From UHGV virus genome UHGV-0194711: DNA of 35,641 bases; one strand, given 5' to 3'. This DNA is from a virus. Shown piece by piece: positions 17,304-25,455 of this stretch (within the stretch, counting starts at the first letter, position 1; the number at the start of each line of letters is the position of its first letter). The notes under the pieces were generated by a model. It had not been told where the DNA came from and ran no database searches. It saw only the letters and a list, made by a program, of their open reading frames with translations. Both the position numbers and the translations under genes were made by a program.

Positions 17304-17319
17304 CGAGGTGCGCGGTCGG
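17304..17319. promoter_or_regulatory. Copy D of recurring inverted-repeat motif GGTCGGAATCCCGACC, ~140 bp upstream of capsid start
   Basis: Same core and flank type as copy B; sits between the moron terminator and the capsid gene, where the strong phi10 promoter lies in T7. Confidence 0.5.
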
Positions 17320-17330
17320 AATCCCGACCA

Positions 17331-17358
17331 AATAAAAAAGCCAGCGGGTTAGGCTGGC
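17331..17358 (-). terminator. Rho-independent terminator after the 138-aa moron gene
   Basis: Transcribed strand GCCAGCCTAACCCGCTGGC hairpin followed by TTTTTTATTT. Confidence 0.6.
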
Positions 17359-17382
17359 TTCTGGTTGTGACTGGTCACGGTG

Positions 17383-17799
17383 TTACTTGTTATTACAGGC
17401 GCCCTGGCCGGAGTAGCAGTTTTCACACATGCGCTCATCGGTACACTGCTCACTGAGCTTTTGTTTCAGCAGGTAACCTTCCAGCATCCAAATCTTGTTA
17501 ACCGCATTCTCGCGGGCAATCTTGCGACCGATCTCCGGGTCGAAGTTTTGCGGGCTGGCGCAGGCGCTTTCGCCCGTGACGGTGAAGCCGTTGTGCAGCA
17601 CCAGAACACAAATCGTCAGCAGGTTCAGCGCTGGGCTGCAATCGTCCATTGCCGACTTATCAGGCCAGCCCGCCTGAACCGCTTCGCCGACGTTGAGATA
17701 ATGGCACTCTTTGATAACGCTCTCGATATGATCAGGCGTAACGCGCGGCGCGGTTAAGCCTTTAGCCTGAATTTGCTGCTCGATATCTTTGTCGCTCAT
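17383..17799 (-). CDS. Hypothetical Cys-rich protein (moron inserted between scaffold and capsid genes)
   Basis: 138 aa; own conserved TIR (GAGGAAAGACCAATG) and own terminator; C-terminal CxxC...C cluster (CTDERMCENCYSGQGAC). Confidence 0.6.
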   Translation of the reverse strand: MSDKDIEQQIQAKGLTAPRVTPDHIESVIKECHYLNVGEAVQAGWPDKSAMDDCSPALNLLTICVLVLHNGFTVTGESACASPQNFDPEIGRKIARENAVNKIWMLEGYLLKQKLSEQCTDERMCENCYSGQGACNNK

Positions 17800-17832
17800 T
17801 GGTCTTTCCTCTGGTTAGGTTGTCGTGACATG

Positions 17833-18681
17833 TCACGCTACAGTTTGATCACCGTAACGCTTCTGGTAGTACGCGCGAACCCGGGCGGAAACGTTCTCAT
17901 GGTCGGCGTGTTTAGGATCCATGTAGGCCGGGGACTTCATCAGGTCACGGATTGATTGCTGTTCTTCGAGATTCACATCGCCGCCCGCCGGCGCATCCTC
18001 CTGCATTTCAGCGCCGATTTTCGCCAGCATGCGGATCACCATCGGGTTATTGCCGATTTCATCCATGCGCCCTTTGTCGCCGTCATCTGCCAGAGAGTTA
18101 AATGCCCGGAAAGCCAGACCGATGTTTTTATTAAACTCGGCGTCAGTTTTCCACGTCTCGCGCAGCTGCGTGGCGGCGGCTTCCGAATCCAGCGCCGCAG
18201 CACCGTTAACCAGTTCGGGGGCCAGCTGTGCATATTCGCCCAGGATGAAACCCATCTGATCGTTGGTGATGCCTTTGGCATGAGCCGATTTCATGAAGGA
18301 TTGCATGCGCGGGTCGGCTTTGAATTCGTCCCACTTAAAACCCTCGACCTCTACCTTTGGCGCATACTCATCAGCCGTTTTCGGCGGCGTGTCGCCGCTG
18401 CCCATGCGCTTTTCAAGGTGCGTGTAAGCATCCGCCAGTTTGCGGGCTGAGCCTTCAACGTTGAGTTTTCCGTCATCGCCCATAACGCGGTATTTTTCAG
18501 GTAGCCAGTCATCCGCGCCTTGTTCGCCCGCGCCGGTGCTGAGTAGCGAAGTACCAGCAGGAGTACCGCCGCCCGGATTTTGAGTACCATCGCTATTACC
18601 AGCATCATCCCCTCCTGCGTTACCCGCTGGCGCTTCTGCACCTGTTTCGGTGTTCATGAATAAGTGTTTAAACTTCCACAT
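17833..18681 (-). CDS. Capsid assembly (scaffolding) protein (T7 gp9-like)
   Basis: 282 aa, highly acidic, Gly/Ala-rich N-terminus, between portal and capsid genes. Confidence 0.65.
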   Translation of the reverse strand: MWKFKHLFMNTETGAEAPAGNAGGDDAGNSDGTQNPGGGTPAGTSLLSTGAGEQGADDWLPEKYRVMGDDGKLNVEGSARKLADAYTHLEKRMGSGDTPPKTADEYAPKVEVEGFKWDEFKADPRMQSFMKSAHAKGITNDQMGFILGEYAQLAPELVNGAAALDSEAAATQLRETWKTDAEFNKNIGLAFRAFNSLADDGDKGRMDEIGNNPMVIRMLAKIGAEMQEDAPAGGDVNLEEQQSIRDLMKSPAYMDPKHADHENVSARVRAYYQKRYGDQTVA

Positions 18682-18901
18682 CGTCGTTTACTCCGTCTGC
18701 TTTGTTGATTTGCATCAGAATGAAATCGAGCACGGAACGCTGTCCGGCCCGGTAACAGGTTTCCCGGTCGCCTTCGGTACCGCCTTTGACATACGCCTCA
18801 CGCCCGAAGCGGCGCGTTAATTCGTCCAGCACCTGCGGCCCGCCGGGCATCTCCTCGAAAATGCGCCGGTAGTCTTCAGGGGTTACGTCTTTTTTGATCA
18901 T
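18668..18901 (-). CDS. Hypothetical small protein between portal and scaffold genes
   Basis: 77 aa ORF with start overlapping the portal stop and end overlapping the scaffold start; protein-like composition. Confidence 0.4.
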   Translation of the reverse strand: MIKKDVTPEDYRRIFEEMPGGPQVLDELTRRFGREAYVKGGTEGDRETCYRAGQRSVLDFILMQINKADGVNDDVEV

Positions 18902-20523
18902 TGGTTGCCCGCCAGTCGTTGTCCCATAATTGCGCCTGCTGCCTGCCCTGCTGCGCCGGCGGCTTCCGTCCCGGCCTGCATCAGCAACTGCTGTTGCGCC
19001 TGCTGCTGTTGCATCTGCTGGCGCTGCTGTCGAAGTTGCTCGACCGCATCAGCGGAACGCATAACTTTTGCCGGAACGCCAAGAGCCTCGCCGACAACCT
19101 TGCTCGCCTCGTCGCTGTCCATGTTGTCCAGTACATCCGGGTACGCCTGCGCCAGCTGCATGATGTTCTGGCCGTATCGCTCGATGGCGGTCACATCTTC
19201 CAGCTTCTGCGCACGGGCCAGCGGGGAGATATAACGCACGTTGAAATTGGCGCTCTGGAGGCTCTCGGGAGCGGGAGGAAAAACGCCAGCGCGGAACGCA
19301 ATACCGAAGCAGCGCTCCACCAGCGGTTGCAGGTATTCAGCCTGGAATCGTCCATAGACCGGGCCAAGCAACTGGCGGATCAGCGCGACACGCACATGCA
19401 CTTCGGTAGCAGTCATTGCCGGGCCGTCCTGCGGTTGCAACTGATCGGCCATCATGATTTTGCGAATGGAAGCCTGCAGGCGCTGTTCAGCGGTAAACGC
19501 CACGTTGAAATCTGCGCCGGTGAGCAAAGGTTTCATGCTTTCGGTGCTGTTCGCCACGATGACGCGGCGCGGGCCAACTTTTACCGTTCGCGGGTTGAGC
19601 ACGCCGTCATCCTCAGCAATCCACATACCGGAGATAGCCAGATCCTGCGCGGCCTTCTCCATGCGTTTGGTTTCGTTCAGCTCTTTGCAGTCCGGCAGCG
19701 CGTCGTATACCGGGCCGATACCGTAGGAGCCGCCGGGAATTTTCATCCAGCGCGGGACGCACACAGGGAATTCGTGATAGCCGGATTCACGCACGATACG
19801 CTTGCCGTTCACTTCCACGTTGAACGATGCAAAACGCATATTGCGCGCCAGCTTCGCATTTACGGCGTAGGTATCACGCGGGAAAATGCAGTGCAGGAAA
19901 TCAAATTTATCGTCAGGTTTGTTTTTTGCAGCATCGCGGATTTTTTCGCTTACCTTGTCCGCGCCGAATTCTTTCACTGCCTGTTCAGCGGTGAGCTGAT
20001 AGCACCGATAAATCGTGTCCACGATGCCATCCCGGCGGGTGGAAGTCACAAAGCATTGCGCCAGCGGCCACTGCTGGAAGGTAAATCCTCCCTCTTCCTT
20101 GTCCTCATCGACGTACAGCGCGAACCAGCCAGCACAGACCACATCGAGATTGGCCTCGTACCCTTCCGCGTCAAAGTTAGCGGCGTGGATATTTTCCCAT
20201 ACCAGCGTTGCACAGGTGGACAACCACGCCTTAGCGTCATCAGGAAGTAATTCGCTGTCGAGGTTCAGCCATTGAGCATTCGCCGGGGTCATCCCTGACA
20301 TAAGCGCGGACGCCAGCATACGGGCGCTGTCGGTGGCTGTGCCGTCCAGCAGCTTCGCAACCTTGTGCTTTGCGCTCTGTGCGTCCAGCACCTCAGACGA
20401 AAACCCGGCCCCGCGCAGCGGATAGGTGTAGTCGTAGCATTCCCGCCAGACGCTTTCGTGCACCTGGCGATTTGCTTTCAGCGTGTCAGCGCGCCTGATT
20501 AACCGGCTGGCGAGTTGATCCAT
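18898..20523 (-). CDS. Portal (head-to-tail connector) protein, T7 gp8-like
   Basis: 541 aa (T7 gp8 is 536 aa); Gln-rich C-terminal tail (QQRQQMQQQQAQQQ) as in T7 portal; precedes scaffold and capsid. Confidence 0.8.
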   Translation of the reverse strand: MDQLASRLIRRADTLKANRQVHESVWRECYDYTYPLRGAGFSSEVLDAQSAKHKVAKLLDGTATDSARMLASALMSGMTPANAQWLNLDSELLPDDAKAWLSTCATLVWENIHAANFDAEGYEANLDVVCAGWFALYVDEDKEEGGFTFQQWPLAQCFVTSTRRDGIVDTIYRCYQLTAEQAVKEFGADKVSEKIRDAAKNKPDDKFDFLHCIFPRDTYAVNAKLARNMRFASFNVEVNGKRIVRESGYHEFPVCVPRWMKIPGGSYGIGPVYDALPDCKELNETKRMEKAAQDLAISGMWIAEDDGVLNPRTVKVGPRRVIVANSTESMKPLLTGADFNVAFTAEQRLQASIRKIMMADQLQPQDGPAMTATEVHVRVALIRQLLGPVYGRFQAEYLQPLVERCFGIAFRAGVFPPAPESLQSANFNVRYISPLARAQKLEDVTAIERYGQNIMQLAQAYPDVLDNMDSDEASKVVGEALGVPAKVMRSADAVEQLRQQRQQMQQQQAQQQLLMQAGTEAAGAAGQAAGAIMGQRLAGNQ

Positions 20524-20526
20524 GAA

Positions 20527-20748
20527 TTAAGCCCCTAACGTATTTTTTGCGGCCTGTGCGCCAGTGGACAGCAGGGAAGAACCTGTATCCGTTGCGCCTT
20601 CTGCGCCGCTGGCCAGCAGGGATGATCCCTGTTTGCGCTTTTTGCGCGCTGCTGCGTCAGCGTTCGCAGCTTTGGCCGCTGCGTCTGCTGCTGCGTCGGC
20701 TTCGGCCTGCGGGTCTGACTGAACAACTTTTGGTGCGCTACCACACAT
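20527..20748 (-). CDS. Hypothetical small Ala-rich protein upstream of portal (T7 gp7.3-position)
   Basis: 73 aa ORF, Ala/Asp-rich; position only. Confidence 0.4.
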   Translation of the reverse strand: MCGSAPKVVQSDPQAEADAAADAAAKAANADAAARKKRKQGSSLLASGAEGATDTGSSLLSTGAQAAKNTLGA

Positions 20749-20758
20749 AAAATTCTCC

Positions 20759-21208
20759 TTAGCCCGGAACGTGCCAGCCGTGTTCGGTTAATACCGGCGC
20801 ACTGCGTACGGGTTGCTTTTTGCCTTCCTCGTTTGTCACCTGCTCCGCTGTGCCGCCAGTGCTTACATCAGTGGCTTTGCGTACCAGACTGAGGAAATCG
20901 AGACAGTTGGTCAGCGGGTGGCCGATAGTGTCGGTGAAGCCGTACTCTTCGAAGCGGGCAACGATCGCAGCGCCCTGCGCGTTGAGTGTGGCTAGAATGG
21001 CGTTACGTTCTGCCAACTGAGTACCATCAAGCAGGGTTGAAACATTCTGCTGCACGGTCTGTTCGTCGCTATCGCTACCCTGCTGCTGCGCGCCGGTCTG
21101 TTCAGCAGTAATTAACTGCCCCTCTGTAACGAACGTTTTTTCTTCCGGCGCCGCTTTTTCCTGCCCCGGCATCTCAACGATTTTTTTCGGTCGAACCATT
21201 TTTTTCAC
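20759..21208 (-). CDS. Hypothetical acidic protein
   Basis: 149 aa ORF, Gln/Glu-rich; start uncertain. Confidence 0.45.
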   Translation of the reverse strand: MKKMVRPKKIVEMPGQEKAAPEEKTFVTEGQLITAEQTGAQQQGSDSDEQTVQQNVSTLLDGTQLAERNAILATLNAQGAAIVARFEEYGFTDTIGHPLTNCLDFLSLVRKATDVSTGGTAEQVTNEEGKKQPVRSAPVLTEHGWHVPG

Positions 21209-21226
21209 TCCTGTATTAGTGAGTCG

Positions 21227-21523
21227 TCATTGTGTGTTGCCCTTCTGGTCAGTTTCCCGACCAAAAACAGGGCGGCGGAACGTCCACCACTGGCGGTAAA
21301 GCACTGTGGGGAGTTTTTTACGGTCTGAGCTGGTAGCCAGACACCAGAGAGCAATCAGCGCTTCACCGTGACCATGGCGAGGCTCTGATCCAGATTTCCA
21401 GCCGAGGACGGCGGATTTTGAAACGCCAAGTTCATCGGCGATTTGCTGAGTGGTGAGATTTTTTCGGGTCAGGTCGGTAATGACTCTGAACCAGTCTGTA
21501 CGGAAGGTGGCGACCAGCGGCAT
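21227..21523 (-). CDS. Helix-turn-helix DNA-binding protein (possible late regulator)
   Basis: LTTQQIADELGVSKSAVLGWKSG HTH motif; 98 aa; first gene upstream of the virion module. Confidence 0.5.
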   Translation of the reverse strand: MPLVATFRTDWFRVITDLTRKNLTTQQIADELGVSKSAVLGWKSGSEPRHGHGEALIALWCLATSSDRKKLPTVLYRQWWTFRRPVFGRETDQKGNTQ

Positions 21524-21678
21524 AATTCAGCCCCCTAAACGCGCGCGTGCGCGAGCATAGAGAAGGGCAAAATCGCCGCCCGCCAGAATGGAAAAGGAGC
21601 CTGAACAGAATTTCATGCTTTCCGCACGTGCTGGCCAACCGCATTTTTTAGCGTTATCTGCTGCTCTTAGAGACGGAA

Positions 21679-22080
21679 TTAAATTCTGCATAGACGTAAT
21701 TCCTTTATCTCGTTAGTGACCTGTTCGAGCAATTCAGTCTCCGTGCCGTAGTTTTCTTCCCATGTTTTTTGCCCTGCGTGGATAGCTACGCCGTGTCCGC
21801 CGGTTCTGTGGTGTGGCGGGCAAAGCGGGAGAGTTTCTTTGTGGTCGGCGCGCTGGGCTATGCCCTGACCGGTTCGGATGTGATGGATTTCGGGGGCGGA
21901 GTACACGCCGAAGTGTACTTTGCAGACAATACAACCTATCTCAACGAGATCTTGGAAATATTGCTTATCTGATTTACTGGCGCGCTTTTTCACAAAGCAC
22001 CCCCTTGCTGGCTGCAAACTCCCCGTAATACAAATCTTCTGCTTTCCGGCGGGCATTGATAGCATCGGCAATTTCATCAA
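21679..22080 (-). CDS. Ref-like / HNH-motif nuclease (recombination enhancement function family), start uncertain
   Basis: CIVCKVHFGVYSAPEIHHIRTGQGIAQRADHKETLPLCPPHHRTGGHGVAIHAG His/Cys metal-finger pattern. The 5' end overlaps the AP2-HNH gene by ~100 nt if the first ATG is used; GTG at 21993 with GGGGG RBS is an alternative. Confidence 0.5.
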   Translation of the reverse strand: MMKLPMLSMPAGKQKICITGSLQPARGCFVKKRASKSDKQYFQDLVEIGCIVCKVHFGVYSAPEIHHIRTGQGIAQRADHKETLPLCPPHHRTGGHGVAIHAGQKTWEENYGTETELLEQVTNEIKELRLCRI

Positions 22081-22450
22081 AGCGGCCTAAACTAACGGTC
22101 CTGCCATCAACTGAAATTTGCGCCGCCCATTTTAGGCGAGTGGATACCCAGTAAATTCCCGGAATTCCTGAGCTATTGTCACTCCTCAAGCCCACATTTT
22201 TGGTATTGTCGGCCTGTGTGCAGATCCTCAGATTTGAGCGGGTGCAGTTGAGCTTATTACCATCAATGTGATCTACAACATCATGAGGCCCCGCATTCAT
22301 GATGACGCGATGAAGGTATCTTTCCTTGCCAAAATGCCAGCCGGTGACTTTTGCATAACCATTCGAGCCGATGTGGATGGGGTAACCCACAAAGATCAAG
22401 GCGTCGGCCTCATCCATCTCGACGATATGAGAGCGAATATTGAATTTCAT
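21974..22450 (-). CDS. HNH homing endonuclease with AP2 DNA-binding domain
   Basis: Start taken at MKFNIRS (GAGG RBS). HIDGNKLNCTRSNLRICTQADN HNH motif followed by an AP2-like segment (GIPGIYWVSTRLKWAAQISVDGRTVSLGRFDEIADAINARRKAEDLYYGEF). Confidence 0.75.
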   Translation of the reverse strand: MKFNIRSHIVEMDEADALIFVGYPIHIGSNGYAKVTGWHFGKERYLHRVIMNAGPHDVVDHIDGNKLNCTRSNLRICTQADNTKNVGLRSDNSSGIPGIYWVSTRLKWAAQISVDGRTVSLGRFDEIADAINARRKAEDLYYGEFAASKGVLCEKARQ

Positions 22451-22460
22451 AGTGTCCGCC

Positions 22461-23057
22461 TCAGGCCGCATAACTGAAAAGCTGAGAGGCTGCGTTTTCT
22501 GCTGCCTGCTGATTAGGGAAGGTGCGGAATAAAATAAAATTCCAGAGGACGTCTAATACGGATTTGTACAGCTGGGAAAATTCTACATCGTCCATTTTTG
22601 CGAACGATATGGATTTGGGTTCCTTGCGGGTGGTGCCATCAGGCATCTGGTATTCGGTATAAAAACCGGCCTCGATAGTTACCCAGGAACGGAAAGCTTC
22701 AAACGATTTAACCGCGCTGATATTGCCGGCGCGTTTTTCTGCCTCATCGCGCAGATACTGATCCGCCAGTTCCTGCAATGTGTCGCCATGCCCGGCATAG
22801 TGGGCCACCAGCTGCACGTAACCCCGAACCAGTTTTTTATCGGCTGGCGATATTGCACCGCCGGAAGGTTGCCAGTAATCAAATCCCAGATTCAGGAGGG
22901 CAAAAAATTTACGGTGAAATGCCGAGTTCCTTGCCTGTTTAAAATCCGCATACAGAATACCGCCCATGCGGACTTTTTTTTCTAAGAATTCGCGGGCGTC
23001 AGGCGTTGCCGGAATTAATACACCGCCGGGTGCTTTTACAAAAGAATACTGCGCCAT
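22461..23057 (-). CDS. DUF1367-family phage protein
   Basis: N-terminus MAQYSFVKAPGGVLIPATPDAREFL typical of DUF1367 proteins in enterobacterial lambdoid prophages (recalled, not searched). Confidence 0.5.
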   Translation of the reverse strand: MAQYSFVKAPGGVLIPATPDAREFLEKKVRMGGILYADFKQARNSAFHRKFFALLNLGFDYWQPSGGAISPADKKLVRGYVQLVAHYAGHGDTLQELADQYLRDEAEKRAGNISAVKSFEAFRSWVTIEAGFYTEYQMPDGTTRKEPKSISFAKMDDVEFSQLYKSVLDVLWNFILFRTFPNQQAAENAASQLFSYAA

Positions 23058-23125
23058 TGGGTTCCCCTTTAGCGCAGCAATTGTTCAGAATTACATGGTG
23101 TTGGGTGTTCAGGCCAACGGGGTAA

Positions 23126-23317
23126 TTATAGCATATTGCCGTCTGGTTTGATAATGGTATAACCCGTCAATTTAGCTAATTCAAACAACGCGTTAAGTGT
23201 CGCTACGTGCTCATCGGAATGGACAATTCTGGTCTTCTTAATCTTCCCATTTTCACACGTTATCAGTACATCACCATCGTCGGGGAGAAGGTCTCCTGCG
23301 TCTTTCTTATCAACCAC
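23126..23317 (-). CDS. Small protein downstream of a LexA box (candidate SOS-controlled antirepressor); start uncertain
   Basis: Track ORF is 23126-23386, but its first 23 codons run through the LexA box and promoter. In-frame GTG at 23317 preceded by GAGGGAGAGG gives a 63-aa product. Confidence 0.4.
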   Translation of the reverse strand: MVDKKDAGDLLPDDGDVLITCENGKIKKTRIVHSDEHVATLNALFELAKLTGYTIIKPDGNML

Positions 23318-23337
23318 TACCTCTCCCTCAACAACAA

Positions 23338-23357
23338 TACTGTATAAAATTACAGTA
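23338..23357. promoter_or_regulatory. LexA (SOS) box: TACTGTATAAAATTACAGTA
   Basis: CTG-N10-CAG with AT-rich spacer, 18/20 match to the E. coli consensus taCTGTatatatataCAGta; lies just downstream of a candidate -10 (TATATA) on the minus strand. Confidence 0.7.
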
Positions 23358-23445
23358 TATATACTACCAACTGACAGTGAGCGCAAATTTTTAAGAGCAC
23401 GAATCGTTAAAAATCAACAATAAATCTCAAAATATCCGATTGAAT

Positions 23446-23480
23446 TCAAAAGAAAACCGCCATTTCTGACGGTTCTGTTT
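23446..23480 (-). terminator. Candidate rho-independent terminator ending the early-right operon
   Basis: Transcribed strand CCGTCA-GAAA-TGGCGG hairpin (one G-U pair) followed by TTTTCTTTTG, just after the 112-aa gene. Confidence 0.4.
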
Positions 23481-23499
23481 TAACTGGTATGGTTGTTCG

Positions 23500-23838
23500 C
23501 TATGCTGACAGTTTGGTTTCGTGCCACCCTCGCGTTACCCAGCATTGCGAATCACCAGCACACGGGCAGGAGGTGATCGGCAGCGTCTCACCGCATTTTC
23601 TACACAGACGTTTGCTGATCGATTTGATGTGGCCACTAAGCCGCGCATCATCCTGACGGATCAGCATAGCGATGTACTCGGCCAGTTCGTACGGTTCACG
23701 CCCCGGACGCCGGGCGGCGCAGTTATGCGCCAGCATGTCCAGTTCCTGCGTATCGAGAACCAGCTCAATTTTGCGGTTGCCGGCGGCAGATTGCCGCGCC
23801 CTCTGCGCGGCTTTACGTTCTGCGGATGATTTAGCCAT
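23500..23838 (-). CDS. Hypothetical protein with C-terminal Cys cluster (possible zinc-finger regulator)
   Basis: 112 aa; CRKCGETLPITSCPCAGDSQC cluster; last gene of the early-right operon. Confidence 0.5.
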   Translation of the reverse strand: MAKSSAERKAAQRARQSAAGNRKIELVLDTQELDMLAHNCAARRPGREPYELAEYIAMLIRQDDARLSGHIKSISKRLCRKCGETLPITSCPCAGDSQCWVTRGWHETKLSA

Positions 23839-23850
23839 TAACCACCTCAG

Positions 23851-24468
23851 TTAGCTGGATAATCGTTTAATTGCATGGCGGAGCATAACTTGTGCATACA
23901 GCGCCGGAGCAAGAACCTGCGGCATTTTTGAGTAGCCCGCCCCAGAGAACAGGCGGCGTATTTCTTTAGGTGCCGCGCGTAGATTATTGATATTGTTGTT
24001 ATTCAAATCATTATCCAGATGGATAACCGAATAACCAGACGGTAATTTTCCATGTACGCATTCATATACGTATACATCGAGTCTAATTTTCTCTTTATTA
24101 ACAGTGATGTACTGTGGAAGAATGCGTTTCCGGCCTTTAGGTTCGCGTGTCCATCCGCGAGCTATCTTTACATCCTTGATATTGTCAGGTTTTTTATCGG
24201 TACCGAATCTCCTGTTGAACCTTTCTGTAAGTTCAGCATTCGTTAGATTCCTATTGGCATAAATGAAAGTCAGCTGCTCATCGGAATAGCGCGGCTCAAT
24301 TAAAAACTGCTTTCCTAACCCATGAGATTTGCACCAGATACGAATAGCGCCCACGCTCTTATTTGTACCAAATTTAGCGTTAAACATTTCAGTTAATTCC
24401 CGCGCAGTGGAGCTTTTAATATGCTGCTTGATAAACAACTCCTGGGCTGGAGTGTATTTCTCTATCAT
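23851..24468 (-). CDS. HNH homing endonuclease (AT-rich insertion)
   Basis: YECVHGKLPSGYSVIHLDNDLNNNNINNL HNH motif; N-terminal basic DNA-binding-like repeats; markedly AT-rich gene. Confidence 0.7.
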   Translation of the reverse strand: MIEKYTPAQELFIKQHIKSSTARELTEMFNAKFGTNKSVGAIRIWCKSHGLGKQFLIEPRYSDEQLTFIYANRNLTNAELTERFNRRFGTDKKPDNIKDVKIARGWTREPKGRKRILPQYITVNKEKIRLDVYVYECVHGKLPSGYSVIHLDNDLNNNNINNLRAAPKEIRRLFSGAGYSKMPQVLAPALYAQVMLRHAIKRLSS

Positions 24469-24695
24469 TTTTCGATCCCCATAATCTTAGGTACATTGCC
24501 TGCGGTACCGTCATAAATAGCCTTCTGGGCGTCGAGCGCAACTCGATAAGTACCGACCATCACCCCGACGATTTCCACTACCGCTTTAGCCCTCGATAAC
24601 TCTTCCTGAAGCAGGTCGCCTTTGATATTGGGATCGGTGACGGTTTCCAGCATGGCGAACTGGTGATTCATTAAATCCTGAATAGTGTTTTTCAT
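24465..24695 (-). CDS. Hypothetical small protein
   Basis: 76 aa ORF with overlapping stop/start to both neighbours. Confidence 0.45.
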   Translation of the reverse strand: MKNTIQDLMNHQFAMLETVTDPNIKGDLLQEELSRAKAVVEIVGVMVGTYRVALDAQKAIYDGTAGNVPKIMGIEK

Positions 24696-24697
24696 GG

Positions 24698-25288
24698 TTA
24701 GGCTACCTCCCCGATATATTCTGCAATGCCCGGCAGCAGCGCCACCGCTGGCGACTCACACTGATTGCCCCACACGTCGAAACCATGCGACGACTGGCGG
24801 GCGAATAACTCAATACGCGGCACATCGCCCAGCAGCTGCACCAGCTTTTCGCGCACGATATCCGGTTTGCGCGAATGCTCCAGACGCGGGGCCGTGAATG
24901 ACTGAACGATCCCTGCATCCATCCGGGCGGGTAATTTCCCCTGCACAGCGAAAAGGCAATCCTCGCTGTTCGCCCTGGTCAAATGGCCCATTCCAAGGGC
25001 CAGTTTGTCGGTCTGCCGGCTGTAGCATTTGTTCCACGTAAAGCCTTTCATGGTCATCAGACGGAAGCCCCACGCCTCGACTACTCGCAACGCCTCCAGC
25101 GGCTGAGTCGGTACCCACCACATAGCCAGCAGGCAGTTTTCAGCGGCCAGTTCCCAGACCGGGAGACGGCAGATATCGAGCACAGTCATGGTCTGGTATT
25201 TGTGCCCGGCGCCGCGTTCCCCGTCTTTGGCTTTGTCGCGGTAAGTCCATGGAGGATCCGCATAAATCAGGGTGTATTTGTTATTCAC
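24698..25288 (-). CDS. MT-A70-family DNA N6-adenine methyltransferase (orphan, no cognate restriction gene seen)
   Basis: IYADPPW catalytic motif near the N-terminus; 196 aa. Confidence 0.8.
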   Translation of the reverse strand: MNNKYTLIYADPPWTYRDKAKDGERGAGHKYQTMTVLDICRLPVWELAAENCLLAMWWVPTQPLEALRVVEAWGFRLMTMKGFTWNKCYSRQTDKLALGMGHLTRANSEDCLFAVQGKLPARMDAGIVQSFTAPRLEHSRKPDIVREKLVQLLGDVPRIELFARQSSHGFDVWGNQCESPAVALLPGIAEYIGEVA

Positions 25289-25455
25289 GCAAGCACCCCA
25301 CTACTGCGGAGACATTCCAGCGCCCACTGTGCAACCTCACATCCAGCCCATATCAGAGCGATAATGACTATCCAGCCAACAACGTTTGCACTGAGTACGA
25401 ACAGCATCAGCGTCCTGCGGCTGCAATGCATAAAATCAGGTGTTGAAAATTTCAT
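25285..25455 (-). CDS. Small membrane protein
   Basis: Start taken at MKFSTPDFMH; single TM helix (LMLFVLSANVVGWIVIIALIWAG); 56 aa. Track ORF 25285-25632 is extended upstream in a frame that overlaps the next gene. Confidence 0.4.
   Translation of the reverse strand: MKFSTPDFMHCSRRTLMLFVLSANVVGWIVIIALIWAGCEVAQWALECLRSSGVLA

Noticed and set aside
18901-20250. 449-aa ORF on the + strand
   Set aside because: Lies entirely antisense to the portal gene; Arg/Leu/His-rich composition typical of a shadow ORF on the non-coding strand of a GC-rich gene.
21432-21644. 70-aa minus-strand ORF, and a possible ~57-aa ORF starting at 21691, between the HTH gene and the Ref-like gene
   Set aside because: The 70-aa frame overlaps the HTH gene and is Arg/Cys-rich junk-like; the 57-aa alternative has a plausible RBS but no supporting motif, so left uncalled.
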